Source: an uncultured Opitutales bacterium
GTDB lineage: Bacteria; Verrucomicrobiota; Verrucomicrobiia; Opitutales; CAZQIE01
Direction of reading: 5' to 3'
Assembly: GCA_964593675.1 (NCBI GenBank)
Contig: CAZQIE010000003.1
Coordinates: 1,322 to 65,321 of the forward strand
DNA length: 64,000 nucleotides
Shown here: one piece after another, positions 30,535 through 41,200 of the stretch
Numbering within the stretch: the first letter of the stretch is position 1
How the letters are laid out: each line of letters opens with the position of its first letter
Translations under genes and position numbers: made by a program
Notes under the pieces: model-generated
Databases searched by the model: none
What the model was told of the DNA's origin: nothing
What the model saw: only the letters and a program-made list of their open reading frames with translations

Positions 30535-31578
30535 ATGTCCCGTGTGACAGGCGCTTTCGTGTATGGTGCGGTGGTCGTCCTTTCCGCGCTCCAACCGCTT
30601 CGGGCGAACAAATATCCGGCAGCCTTTTCCGTGTCTTCGGGGAACGTCACTGTCACCGTAACGGTACCCAGCGCGCCTGGGACCTCCTACATCCTGCAAC
30701 GCAATACCGACGTCTTGACCCGCTACTGGGCCGACCGCACCGAGCCCGTTGCTTCGGGGAGCGACCAGACACTTCAGGATACGTTTAGCGGGGACCGCAC
30801 TTTCTGGCGGGTGTTTGAGTTCAACGAAGAAGTGTTCTGGTACGACTGGACGTATTATCCGTCCGCAACAAACCTGCCTGCCTGGGGCCTCGGCAACAGC
30901 CAAAGCACATATAACCACACCGACCGCACCTACGAGTGGTATATCGACCAGGGGAATACGGGAGCGGCCTCAAACAGCAATTGCGGCCCGTCCACCGTAA
31001 CGATGGCGATAAAGTGGTACGACGCCGCGTATACGGGCACCGCGGAGGACGCGCGGAACTGGTCCTATAGCTGGCGCAGCAACGGCTGGTGGTATACGAA
31101 CGACGTTGTTGACTACCTGAACCTGAAGTCAGTTCCCAATACGACAAGCACCTTCCTCGGCGCCTCGCAGCTGAAGGGGCTTCTCGAGCAAGGCAAGCTG
31201 ATCATCCTTTGCATCGACACGACCTATCTGACGAGAAACCACCAGTCAGCCCAGCGCGTAGGGCGTTTTTACGATTACGGTGGCGGCCATTTCCTGCTGC
31301 TTAAGGGCGTCCGTACGGTGTCCGGTTCGCTGTATTTTGAGTCCTACGATCCAAACAACTGGAATAAAAACTACGCCGACGGCACCCCTATGGGGCGGAA
31401 TAGACATTTTAGCGACACGGACTTGGTTGAGGCCATCTCGCGCTGGTGGAACTACATCATCGTCGTCTCTGCACCGGGCGGCGGAGGCGAGATGGGGCAA
31501 CCGCTCGAGACGCTGCTCGACCCCGTAGACCCGGATAAGATTCCCCACGCCGGGGCATACGCACCCAACGCCCTCTGA
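30535..31578 (+). CDS. secreted papain-like cysteine peptidase, C39-like (Peptidase_C39_2-type) with N-terminal beta-sandwich-like domain
   Basis: MSRVTGAFVYGAVVVLSALQPLRA looks like a signal peptide. Candidate catalytic Cys in SNSNCGPSTVTMAIKWY and His in YDYGGGHFLLLKGV. An alternative ATG lies at 30478. Confidence 0.65.
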   Translation: MSRVTGAFVYGAVVVLSALQPLRANKYPAAFSVSSGNVTVTVTVPSAPGTSYILQRNTDVLTRYWADRTEPVASGSDQTLQDTFSGDRTFWRVFEFNEEVFWYDWTYYPSATNLPAWGLGNSQSTYNHTDRTYEWYIDQGNTGAASNSNCGPSTVTMAIKWYDAAYTGTAEDARNWSYSWRSNGWWYTNDVVDYLNLKSVPNTTSTFLGASQLKGLLEQGKLIILCIDTTYLTRNHQSAQRVGRFYDYGGGHFLLLKGVRTVSGSLYFESYDPNNWNKNYADGTPMGRNRHFSDTDLVEAISRWWNYIIVVSAPGGGGEMGQPLETLLDPVDPDKIPHAGAYAPNAL

Positions 31579-31725
31579 GCTGCCCCACCCAGTCGGGACG
31601 CCCCCAGCCTGAGCCCCTGGCGCCTGTGCGGCGGGACTGGACTTTGGGGCAACGCGCCGGACCGAAGCGGCCGCAGGCGCAAGGCGAACGCGAGGCCGTC
31701 CAGGCCAACCCATTAAAGGCGGGGG

Positions 31726-32598
31726 TTGGGGACCTGCGGGGGTGACGCGGCCAACCAAACGCGAGAAAGTACAGCGTTGCCTGTCCCCGGCAAACCTGCT
31801 CCCATCCCGGTGCCCTTCATCGTGAGTCTGCTTCGCCGTACCCCGCTCTACCCCGCCTACAAAGGAACCAAAGCACTTGTTGCCACAGCCCGGGCCCGCT
31901 TCGGAGTGAAAATCCTCCCGGCCCTGCGCAACTGCGCACGGTTCCTCCGCGACTACCGTGCGCTCTCCCGCGCGCCAAACGGCGCCTACGAGCTTTCTCC
32001 GCGCCACTGGGTGCCGTGCCTGACGGACTGGACCGCCTGCACGCCGGTCGATCCCATCTATTTTCATCAGGACTGCTGGGCCGCTGGCCACGTCTTGCGC
32101 CGCAAACCCGCGCGCCATGTGGATGTCGGCTCGCACGTCCCCACGGTCGGGATCATTGCGGAATGCGTCCCGACGACGTTCGTCGACATCCGCCCGATCC
32201 CCGTCCAGCGCCCCGGCCTCACTTTCCTTGAAGGCTCGATCCTGTCGCTGCCTTTCGAAGACGCTTCCGTCGAAAGCCTCTCGTCCATCTGCGTGATTGA
32301 GCACGTTGGGCTCGGCCGTTACGGCGATCCGCTCGACCCCTTCGGCACCGAAAAGGCCGCCGGGGAACTATCGCGCGTGCTGGCTCCGGGAGGGGACCTG
32401 TATGTGTCCGTGCCCATAGACTCCGGCGCCCGCGTCTATTTCAATGGCCACCGCGCCTTCACGCCCGACCTCGTGTGCGCGCTGTTCCAAGACCTGAAGC
32501 TCGCGGAATCCCGCTTCATCTACGGCCTCGGCGTCGCGGAGACCTATGACGCCGCACGCGGCTTCGGCACCGGACTGTTCCATTTTCGCAAACCCTGA
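31726..32598 (+). CDS. DUF268-type class I SAM-dependent methyltransferase
   Basis: HVDVGS ... TFVDIRP ... SLSSICVIEHVGLGRYGDPLDPFGTEKAAGELSRVLAPGGDLYVSVPI matches the DUF268/methyltransferase pattern. The true start may be the GTG at 31822. Confidence 0.7.
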   Translation: MGTCGGDAANQTRESTALPVPGKPAPIPVPFIVSLLRRTPLYPAYKGTKALVATARARFGVKILPALRNCARFLRDYRALSRAPNGAYELSPRHWVPCLTDWTACTPVDPIYFHQDCWAAGHVLRRKPARHVDVGSHVPTVGIIAECVPTTFVDIRPIPVQRPGLTFLEGSILSLPFEDASVESLSSICVIEHVGLGRYGDPLDPFGTEKAAGELSRVLAPGGDLYVSVPIDSGARVYFNGHRAFTPDLVCALFQDLKLAESRFIYGLGVAETYDAARGFGTGLFHFRKP

Positions 32599-32747
32599 TC
32601 GCCCCCACGCGGGCGCCAGAGGTGACGCTTTGGTTGATGTTTCGAACAATTGGGTTCCGAAGTTTCAGTAAGCGCAGAGGCAATAAGGCCTACAAAGCTG
32701 TTCCACCCCCAACGTCCCGATCTGCCCTTGGTATCGACCCGAGGGGC

Positions 32748-35030
32748 TCATATCACGACCTCCACGAGGTGGGAGCCTTGGCGCAGGTCCGGGAGCACGT
32801 TGCCCGTAACCGGTTTTCCGTCGCAAAGCAGTGAGCGCACGCCAACCCGGCGCCCGGCCGTGTTGTCGATGCGGATGTCGAAAGTGGCGCCCCGGAATTT
32901 CCGGACCACGCGGGCCTGCGGAATCTCGGCGGTGAGACAAGGGTCGATCACGAGGCCATCGTAAGAGCGTCGCACGCCCAGGATGTATTCGACGAGCAGG
33001 ATGGCAAACCACGCGCCCGTGCCGGTATTCCACGCATAGAGGCTGCGGGCGTAACGGTAACGGTCCGCCATAAAGAGGTTTGAGAAGGCGAAGGGCTCGG
33101 CGTGAGAGCGCGTGATCGGGTTTTCGGGATTGTCGGGCGCGACCTTGCGAAACGTTTCCCAAGCCTGTTCAGCCCGGCCGAGCAGGCAGTCCCCGACACC
33201 CTTGAAACCGGCGGCGTGGTTATAACAACCGCCGTTCTCGATCAGGCCGGGAAACACGGTGGTGGAGCCTCCGATTTTTGGGTCAAACTTCGTGAAGGGC
33301 GGGTTCACCAAACGGTAACCGATGTCCAGCTTGAGGTGGCGTTCCAGGCTGTCCATGCACATTACAGCCCGGTCGGGCGGCGCGACACGCCCGATGACCG
33401 CCCACGACTGCGAATTGATGAAAATCTTCCCTTCCTCGTTCTGAACTGAGCCCACGCTCATGCCGTCGTCGCAGAGGATGCGGCGGTACCACTCCCCATC
33501 CCAGGCGTGCTCGTTGATGCGACGTGCAAAATCGGCATGGAGCGCGCGGCATTCGGCGGCTGTGCCCGTTTCGCCGAGGCGGTCCGCCAGTTGTGCAACT
33601 TCAAGCAGGCCAAAGCACAGTTGCTGGGTCACCATCACGCTCTCGCGCCCACCGTGGTCGCCGCGCGGCGAGAGCCCGTCGTTCCAGTCCCCAGAACGCA
33701 GGTCGCAAAGCCCGTGCTTACGGGTGTCGTTGGCAAGCCAACGCACGGCCCGCAAGACGTGGTCCCACACAGTCGTGGGCGTCGGGTCGTCAAGAAACGG
33801 AATCTTTTGCGACGCGAAGCCGAGGTCGCCGGTCTGCTGGATGTGCCACGGTACGGCCTGAAGGATCCACGCCGGCTCGTCGGAACACTGTTTGGTTGAG
33901 GGTGGACGAAACCCGTGTGGTGCCCAACCAGCCGCGTATTGGTGTGAAAGCGCGCGCAGGAGCGCCGTTTCCGCAAGCTCCTCGTCCGCCATGTCGAGGG
34001 CAAGGCAGACCTGGACGTTGTCGCGGAAGCCCGACTTATTAACCAGGTAGGCGCGGTGCTGTTTTTTGAGGAAACCGTTTATTACGGCGTCGAGATTTGG
34101 GTAGCCGGTGTCGACCGTGTAGGCTTCCGCCAGACGGCTTTCCAGTGCGGCGTAATCAGCCAGGTGGGCGTCAATGCGCTCCGGGGTGAGGTCAGCACGC
34201 AGGGCGCTTGCAGCCTCGGGTGTGGGCGCGTAACCGACGAGGAAGTCCAGGCGGCGGGATTCTCCCGGCGCCAGATTGAGTTTCGCCTGCACCGCCCCCA
34301 TCGCGTCGAAGCCCGCAGCCGAGACATTGGCCAGATCGTGCCCTTCAACCAGGCGCGGGGCGCTGAAGTTTAAGGCTGGCGTGAAGAAGTCCTCACGGTG
34401 TGCGGTGGCCGCGGCGAAGTCGGACGTCACACACAGGAACCCGCGGTGAAATTTATCGACTCCTGTGCTGTCATGCCGCCACGCGAAGACGCCCCCAAGC
34501 CCGGGGACGACATCGGCACAAGGGCCGCAGTCCAGGTCAAAACGGACGGCTGCAAAGACAGAAAGCTCGCGCTGCCGCTTCGTCCGGTTTTCAAGCGTTA
34601 CGCTCCAGATAAGCACCGGCAACATGCGAGGCACGAATACCCGCTGCTGCGTGGCCAGCCCCAGGCACACGGACGAGATCTCGACGGACTCGCGGCGATA
34701 CTGGATCTTCAGGTTCTCAACCGGGGTGCGCAAGGGAGAACCCGACGGCGAAAAGGCCTCGCCGCTTTGGTCGTCGCGCACGTAGAGACCCGCGGACTCC
34801 CAGTTTACCAGGCCGACGGCACGCCCGTTGGGTAGACGGAAATGGATGGGCCCATCGCCGTATTGCGAGACCTGCGCGAAGAGTTCCAGCGAGCCGTTTA
34901 CACCGTCGAAGTAGTCGTTGTGCAGCACGTTCATCCAGCGCCGGTGGGGCGTGGCGTGCGCCTCAAAACAGGCCCCACCTTCCGTGAAGCGGCCAAAGCG
35001 GGAAACGGTCTCGGGGGATTTCGGGCTCAT
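32748..35030 (-). CDS. GH94-like glycoside phosphorylase (cellobiose/chitobiose phosphorylase-like (alpha/alpha)6 enzyme)
   Basis: LCDLRSGDWNDGLS (the GH94-type DWND acid motif), INSQSWAVI, GLIENGGCYNHAAGF, YAWNTGTGAWF, and a C-terminal beta-sandwich. ATG at 35028-35030 (the track start at 35036 is GTG). Confidence 0.8.
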   Translation of the reverse strand: MSPKSPETVSRFGRFTEGGACFEAHATPHRRWMNVLHNDYFDGVNGSLELFAQVSQYGDGPIHFRLPNGRAVGLVNWESAGLYVRDDQSGEAFSPSGSPLRTPVENLKIQYRRESVEISSVCLGLATQQRVFVPRMLPVLIWSVTLENRTKRQRELSVFAAVRFDLDCGPCADVVPGLGGVFAWRHDSTGVDKFHRGFLCVTSDFAAATAHREDFFTPALNFSAPRLVEGHDLANVSAAGFDAMGAVQAKLNLAPGESRRLDFLVGYAPTPEAASALRADLTPERIDAHLADYAALESRLAEAYTVDTGYPNLDAVINGFLKKQHRAYLVNKSGFRDNVQVCLALDMADEELAETALLRALSHQYAAGWAPHGFRPPSTKQCSDEPAWILQAVPWHIQQTGDLGFASQKIPFLDDPTPTTVWDHVLRAVRWLANDTRKHGLCDLRSGDWNDGLSPRGDHGGRESVMVTQQLCFGLLEVAQLADRLGETGTAAECRALHADFARRINEHAWDGEWYRRILCDDGMSVGSVQNEEGKIFINSQSWAVIGRVAPPDRAVMCMDSLERHLKLDIGYRLVNPPFTKFDPKIGGSTTVFPGLIENGGCYNHAAGFKGVGDCLLGRAEQAWETFRKVAPDNPENPITRSHAEPFAFSNLFMADRYRYARSLYAWNTGTGAWFAILLVEYILGVRRSYDGLVIDPCLTAEIPQARVVRKFRGATFDIRIDNTAGRRVGVRSLLCDGKPVTGNVLPDLRQGSHLVEVVI

Positions 35031-35295
35031 CCGCACTCATGATCTCCCAACCGGCGCTCCCCTGACAACCCAAAGAAAACCGTTACTTTAACGTAGCCCT
35101 GGCAAATCAAGGCGAGGCTGCCTGGCTGGCTTTAATACATAAATCGGACGGTATCCGTTTAACCAGCCGTCGTTGTTTCGTAATGGCCTACTCCGACCAA
35201 ACGAAGCTTTCGGCGCACTCAGGAGCGCCACACCCTACGCAGGCCCAGGCTGGCGGCGTGGAGGCGGGGGGTGGCGCGCCCGGGTTTGCTCTGGG

Positions 35296-38200
35296 TTATT
35301 GCTCCGAGATCTGTAGGCGCAGGAAGCGTCCGCCGGTTGAGGGCAGGGCCGTGGCGTCTGTGTAGGTGTAGGCCTGGCCGGAGGTCAGGCTGTTTACAAC
35401 GGTCTCATTCGTCCAGGTTGAGAGGTCCGTGCTCGACTGTATCGTGTAGACCAAGCCATTCACGGCGTTCGGCGTGAAGGTGAGCGTCATCTTCTTTTGC
35501 CCAGACTGTTCGACGACTCCGGAAGTGGGAAGCACATTGCCCGAGGGGACGGCCGGGTCGCTGCCAAGCGCGAACTCGATCAGGTTCTTTATGCCGTCGC
35601 TGTCCGCGTCTTCGTCAGGAGCGGTCTTGGTCCCCAAAGACTTCCCTGAGAGCCACGTTTGGTAAGGCGTCTTCACCTCAACGGTGAGTTCCTGGAAGGT
35701 TTCGGCGTTTTCGTCGTTGCCGGTGAGGCGCAGGACGTAGGTGCCGGCCTTCGAGAACGTGACGGTCGTGCTTGCGTTCGCCGCGTTGCCGAAAGTAACC
35801 GTACCGGGGCCCGAGACCTTGCTCCACGTTGCGGTGAGCAGGCGGTCGACCGGCATGTTGTCGGTGTCGGTTACGGTGCCGGAGAGGTTTGCAGCGACTC
35901 CGGCAGTGGCGGCCGGTGCGGTGCCGCAGGCGACAAGCGGGCCGGTGTTGGGTGTGACGAACTCCGTGGCTTCGACAATGATAGCGTTTAGGTAGGCGCC
36001 ATTGCTCGTCGTGGAACCGTCGCCGATCTGGAACGTGGTTTCGTACTTGCTGCTGGAACTGTTGTAGGTGGCCACGATGTCCTTGATCGTGCCAATCTGG
36101 TACTTGAGCGTCGTGTCTCCCGTGGAGTCCGCCGTTTCGTCCGTTCCCTGCTGCTTGTTGGCGTTCAGGGTGATCGTCGTGCCGCCCGTAAAGGAGACGG
36201 CGTTATTGCTGACGGATGACACGGTGCCGCCCACGTTGAACAGACCGGTGCGACCGGCGTTTTCAGCGGGGTTGGCGTCGTCGTGGGACGAGAGCACCCA
36301 GAACGAATAGCGGTGCTTGGCCGTGCTGCTCAGGGTGAATGACGCGAAGCCGTCCGTTCCCTGGTGAACCGCATTCCACGAATCCGCGACGGACCACGGG
36401 AAGAAGCGGGAGCCGTCCACCGTGGTGATGCCCGAGCTATTGTAGCTCGATGCTGCGTCCGTACTCGTTCCGCTGCCGGTCGTGCCGTTTTCGCCTTGCG
36501 AGTTGTGCGCGAAACCAAACCCGTCCACCCAGACCAGCGCGACACCGGAGTTGCTGTTCGTGCTCGTCTTGAGGTTTGTCAGATCGGTGTCCGTGTTGAC
36601 CGGTGTATCGTTCTTACCGGTGAGCGAGATCCACGTCGTGCCACCGAGGGCAGGGATAGACCCGGCGCTCGCGGAGCCGTCCGTGCCATCCATGAAATTG
36701 AGCTGGATGAGCTTGGTGGAGCCGATTCCATCGACGGCCGTGCCGACGCCCACGGTGAGATCCTTGCTCGTGCTCAGGAACCCGTCACTCGCGGTAATGC
36801 GCAGGACGTAGGCGCCCGTCGTCGAGAAGGAAACGCTTGTGCTCGCGGCTGAGGCGTCGACAAAGGTGACGGTGCCGGGGCCGCTTACCTTGCTCCACGT
36901 AATGGTGGGCGTGGTCTCGGCGTCGCTCACGGTGGCGGCGATACGCAAGCTGTTTGAAGCGTCCGTGAGCATGATCTCGGTCGTTGCGGGCGCGGTGATC
37001 GTCACCGTGGGCGCCGTGTTCGAGATCGTCACGCTCGCTGTTGCGCTGAGGCCAGACGCCTGTGCCGTGATCGTGTAGGGACCGCCGGGCGTGGTGGACG
37101 CCGTAAAGGCACCGTCCACGATTGTGCCGCCGCCTGTCGTCGACCACGTGATGGTGGGCTGCGGGCTGAGCGGGTCGCTGTCCTGGTCGCGCACCGTGGC
37201 CGTGAACGTCTGGGACGCTGCGGGCAGGAGCGTTACGCTGGCCGGTGTAAGGGTGAGGCTGGTGGCCTCGCGGGCGACGACGGTGAGGATGAAGGTGTCG
37301 GTGACGACTTTGACGCCGTCGCTCACGGTGATCGTGATCGTGGCGGTGCCGGTCTGGCCTGAGGCAGGCGTGACGGTCACAGTGCGGCTGGCCCCGCTGC
37401 CGCCGAAGGTGATATTCGCGTTCGGCACGAGTGTCGCGTTGGAACTTGCGCCGCTCACGGCGAGGCTTCCCGCCGCCGTTTCAACGTCCCCGATGGTGAA
37501 GGCGCGGGCGGCCGTGGGCTTGCCTTCGCGGACGGTGACGTCCGTGAGGTCGGTCATCGTCGGCGTGTTGTTGATGACGGTGACGCTCGCCGTGGCGCTC
37601 ACGCTACCTGCGGTGGCCGTGATGGTATAAGGTCCGCCTTCAGAAGCGGCTGCCGTGAACACGCCGGAGGCGTTGACTTCGCCACCTCCTGTCGTGGACC
37701 ACGTGAGGCTTGGGCTGGAGATCGTCTGGCTGAACTGGTCCGAAACCGAGGCCGTGAAGGTCGTGGAGGTTGAGATCGAGATCGTGGTGGAGGCCGGACT
37801 CACGCTGATCGTGGTGGGCGTGGCCGCGACGGTGACATCAATCGTTCCTTCAAGGACCTTCCCGTGGGGGTCCGCAACGGCGAGCTTAAGGCGGTAGGTG
37901 CCCGCGCGGTCGAAGGTGGCCGTGGTGTTCTTGGCCGAATTACCGGCGTTTGCGGAGAAGGCTACCGTGCCGCTCGCAGGGCCGCTCACGAGACTCCAGG
38001 TGTAGGTCAGCGTGCCTTCGGCATCGTTCGCGTCCGACGCAAGGGCCGAGAGTGTTCCGGTTGCCCCCGTGACGGTGCCTCCCGTGATGGACGGAGCCTG
38101 CGTGAACGTCGGCGCCGGATTACCATCGACGAGCACTTCGTCGAACGTGGTGATCTGCCCGTCACTGGCTTCAAGGCGGAAGCGGTAGGTGCCAACCGTC

Positions 38201-41200
38201 GCCCCGGTCGTTGTATTGGCGGTAAGGGCGGTGGCGTTCGAGATGGTGACGGTGTTGGGACCGGCCATCTGGAGCCACTGGTACGTCATGGTTCCCGGAG
38301 AGGTAGGCTGACCGTCGTCAGTCGCGGTACCGGTGAGGGTGACAGCCGTATTGACGTCGGTGGTCTGGTCCGTGCCCGCGTTGACGTCAGGCCCGATATT
38401 GGCGTTGAATTCGAGCAGGCCGTCCAGGTCCATGCCGCGAATCTGGAAGATGCGGTCGCCGCTGGAAGAGGCATCAAGCGACTCCGCATAGACACCCACG
38501 GCTTCCACGTTCTTCAGTTCGACCGCGGCGTAGGTGAGCGCGCTGGAGGCCGCGCTGCCATTGGCCCGCAGAGAGCCCACGGTGGTGCCGGGGCTGTAGG
38601 TGGCCCAGCGTTCATTCGTCCAGTTCGTGATGGAGAGCGTGCCGGCGGTGGCGAGGTTGGTTTGGGACAGGTACCACTGGCCCGCGTTCTTCACAGCAAA
38701 CCGGAAGGTATAATGGTTGCTGCCGTTCCCCAAGGTCGCGGAAAGGGTGGCATCGCCGGTGAGGCGGATCGTGCGCGTCGCGCCTTCGTCGAGGAAGTCT
38801 GCCTTCTTCCAGTAAACGAATGCATACGTGCGCTTGTTGCTGCCGTTGTCGCTACCGATCTGGATGCCGTCGCCGTTTGTGTCGTCGTTGAGCACGTAGT
38901 TGCGCGTGCCCGTGGTGGAGGCATTCAGGTTCCACAGCTCCCATGCGCCGTAGAAGCGGGCGTTCGTACCGGTGTAGGTGGAGCCGATAGTCGGGTTGAT
39001 CGCGGTGGCGTCGTCCAGCACGCGGCGGTGGACGGCGTCGTCGTTGGCGGAATTGTCGCCGTACTCCTGCGCCGTGCTGAGCGTGGACGTTGCCAGGTTC
39101 TTCTGCGACGTCACGTAGGAGGTGCCACCGAAATCAAGGAGCGTGCGCTTTGTGAGGACAGGTTCAACGACGCCGCGCCAGATGGTGAGGTCGGCCTTAC
39201 CGGTGATGGTGCCGTCACTGGCGGTTGCGCGCACAACATAGGTGCCGTCCGCACTGAAGCTTGCGCCTGTCTGGGCCGCATTCGCATCATCAAAGGTGAC
39301 CGTGCCGGGCCCGCTGACCTTCGACCACGTCCACGTGATGGACGTGCCCGAGTCGTCCGTCGCGCTTGCCGCGAGCTTCAGGCCGCGGCCGGACGGGATG
39401 TTCACGGGGGCGATGCCGGGGCTTGTGATGGAGACCACGGGCGGCCGGTCGATGGTGATCGAGAACGTCTGGTCAACGGGATCGTTGACGCCGTCGTTCA
39501 CACGCAGCGTGACGGAGGCCGGTGAGGTGTCGGACGCCGCGGGCGTGCCCGTGAGCGTGCCGGTGCCGTTGCCGTTGTCGGTGAGCGTGAGCCAGGACGG
39601 CAAGGTGGGCGCGGTGAGCGTCGGGAAGGGGGTGTCCGCGTCGGTGGACACAATGTTATAAGTATACGCAACGTCCTGGTACGCGCGGGCCACGGGCGTG
39701 CTCGTGAATACCGGCAAGGCGTTCTGGGCGCTCGTCGTGGCCGTGGCCGTGTTCGACCAGGCGGAATCGGCGACGGAGCCGGTTGCTTTCACGCGGAACG
39801 AGTAGGCGGTGGAGGCGGTGAGGCCCGTGGCGTTGCAGCTTGCCGTGCCACTGGCAAGCGTGGCGACGCTCGTCCAGTTGGAGCCGTCGGTGCTGCGCTC
39901 GACGACGAAACCGGTCTCGCCAACGCTGTTATCAAGCCAGGTCAAATGGACGCTCGTGGCTGAGGCGGCGCTCGCCTGGAGCACGCTGGGTGCGGTCGGC
40001 GTGCCTTCAAGCGCGGCGTAACGCGCGGTCACGGTCATGGACTTCACGACCGCGCTCACGGACTTGTCCCAGCCCAGGAACGCCCAGCCGGAGTCGGGGG
40101 TAATGGTCGGCTCGGTGGCAGCCGCACCGTAGGCGACGGTCTGCGTGGAGGAGCCTGCCGTAATGCTGCCGTGGGCACCTGCCGCGAACGTCACCGTCGC
40201 GGTGGGTGCGCTGTAAGCGGACCCGTTATAGAGAACGCCGCTTGCCTGGTGCGTGACCGCGAGCGAACCGACCTGCACGACCGCGTCGGCAATCGTGCCG
40301 GAGGTGCGTGAGACGCTGGGATGGCTTTGGCCGGAAGGCTGGATGGTGAGCACGACGAGGTAATCCCCATCCGCGCTGCCGAAGGAGACGTAGCGGTTGC
40401 TGGAAACGTCGTTGCCGTCGCCGTCCTTGCCGTAGGCGGAGCCGCGCTCCTGCGTGCCGGTCGTGATCGTCGGGCTGGCCGGGTACAGGACGGTGCCCTT
40501 CATCGTCGCACCATTGGGCGCCGTGATCGTGAAGGTGTTGCCGTCGATGGCGATCGAGTTGCCGTAGTAGGTGGGCAGGTGCCAATACGCGCCGTCTGTC
40601 GAGGTGTCGGCGATGATGTAGGTGGCCGCCGCGCCGGTCTGCGCGGAGTCGTAGTTGGCCGTGAACCAGCGTTTGTGCGCCGCCACGCCCGTGTTGGAGG
40701 TCGCCATTTCGGCGATGACGTGGCCGCCGCCATCCGCGCGCAGGACGCTGGCGGTGATGGTGCCAAGTTTTGTGCCGTCATCCGTTACGGAGCTGTCCGT
40801 GGGGAACGCCTTGTAGAGGGTGGCCTGACCGATCTTCTTACCGGGGTTATTGCGACCGCCACCGACGACCCACCCGGTGCCCTCGCCGATCACGCGGAAG
40901 CCCAGGCCGTCCGGACCGTTGTGGCCGCCAGGGAAGCGCGTCCTTGCGTTGAACTGCGCGAGGTACTCGGTGTTGGGGTCGTAGGTGTAGCCGCTGCGGA
41001 AGGTGAAAAGCCCGATGCCCTGAGCGCCGGAGTCATCACCCACGCGGTGCGCGTCGTAAAGCTCAGCCGGGTCCGCCGCCGGGACGGTTTCCGGGTAATA
41101 GAGGAAAGACCAGATCGTGCCGCCACGGTGCATATCCCAATAAGACTTCATGGGCGAGCCGTAGCCGCGAACGGCGGAAGCGCCCATCATGCGGTCGTAG

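Noticed and set aside
31246-32304. 352-aa minus-strand ORF
   Set aside because: It lies antisense to the DUF268 methyltransferase, which has the GLGRYGD signature, and to the end of the C39-like peptidase gene. No motifs; Arg/Gly/Ala-rich.
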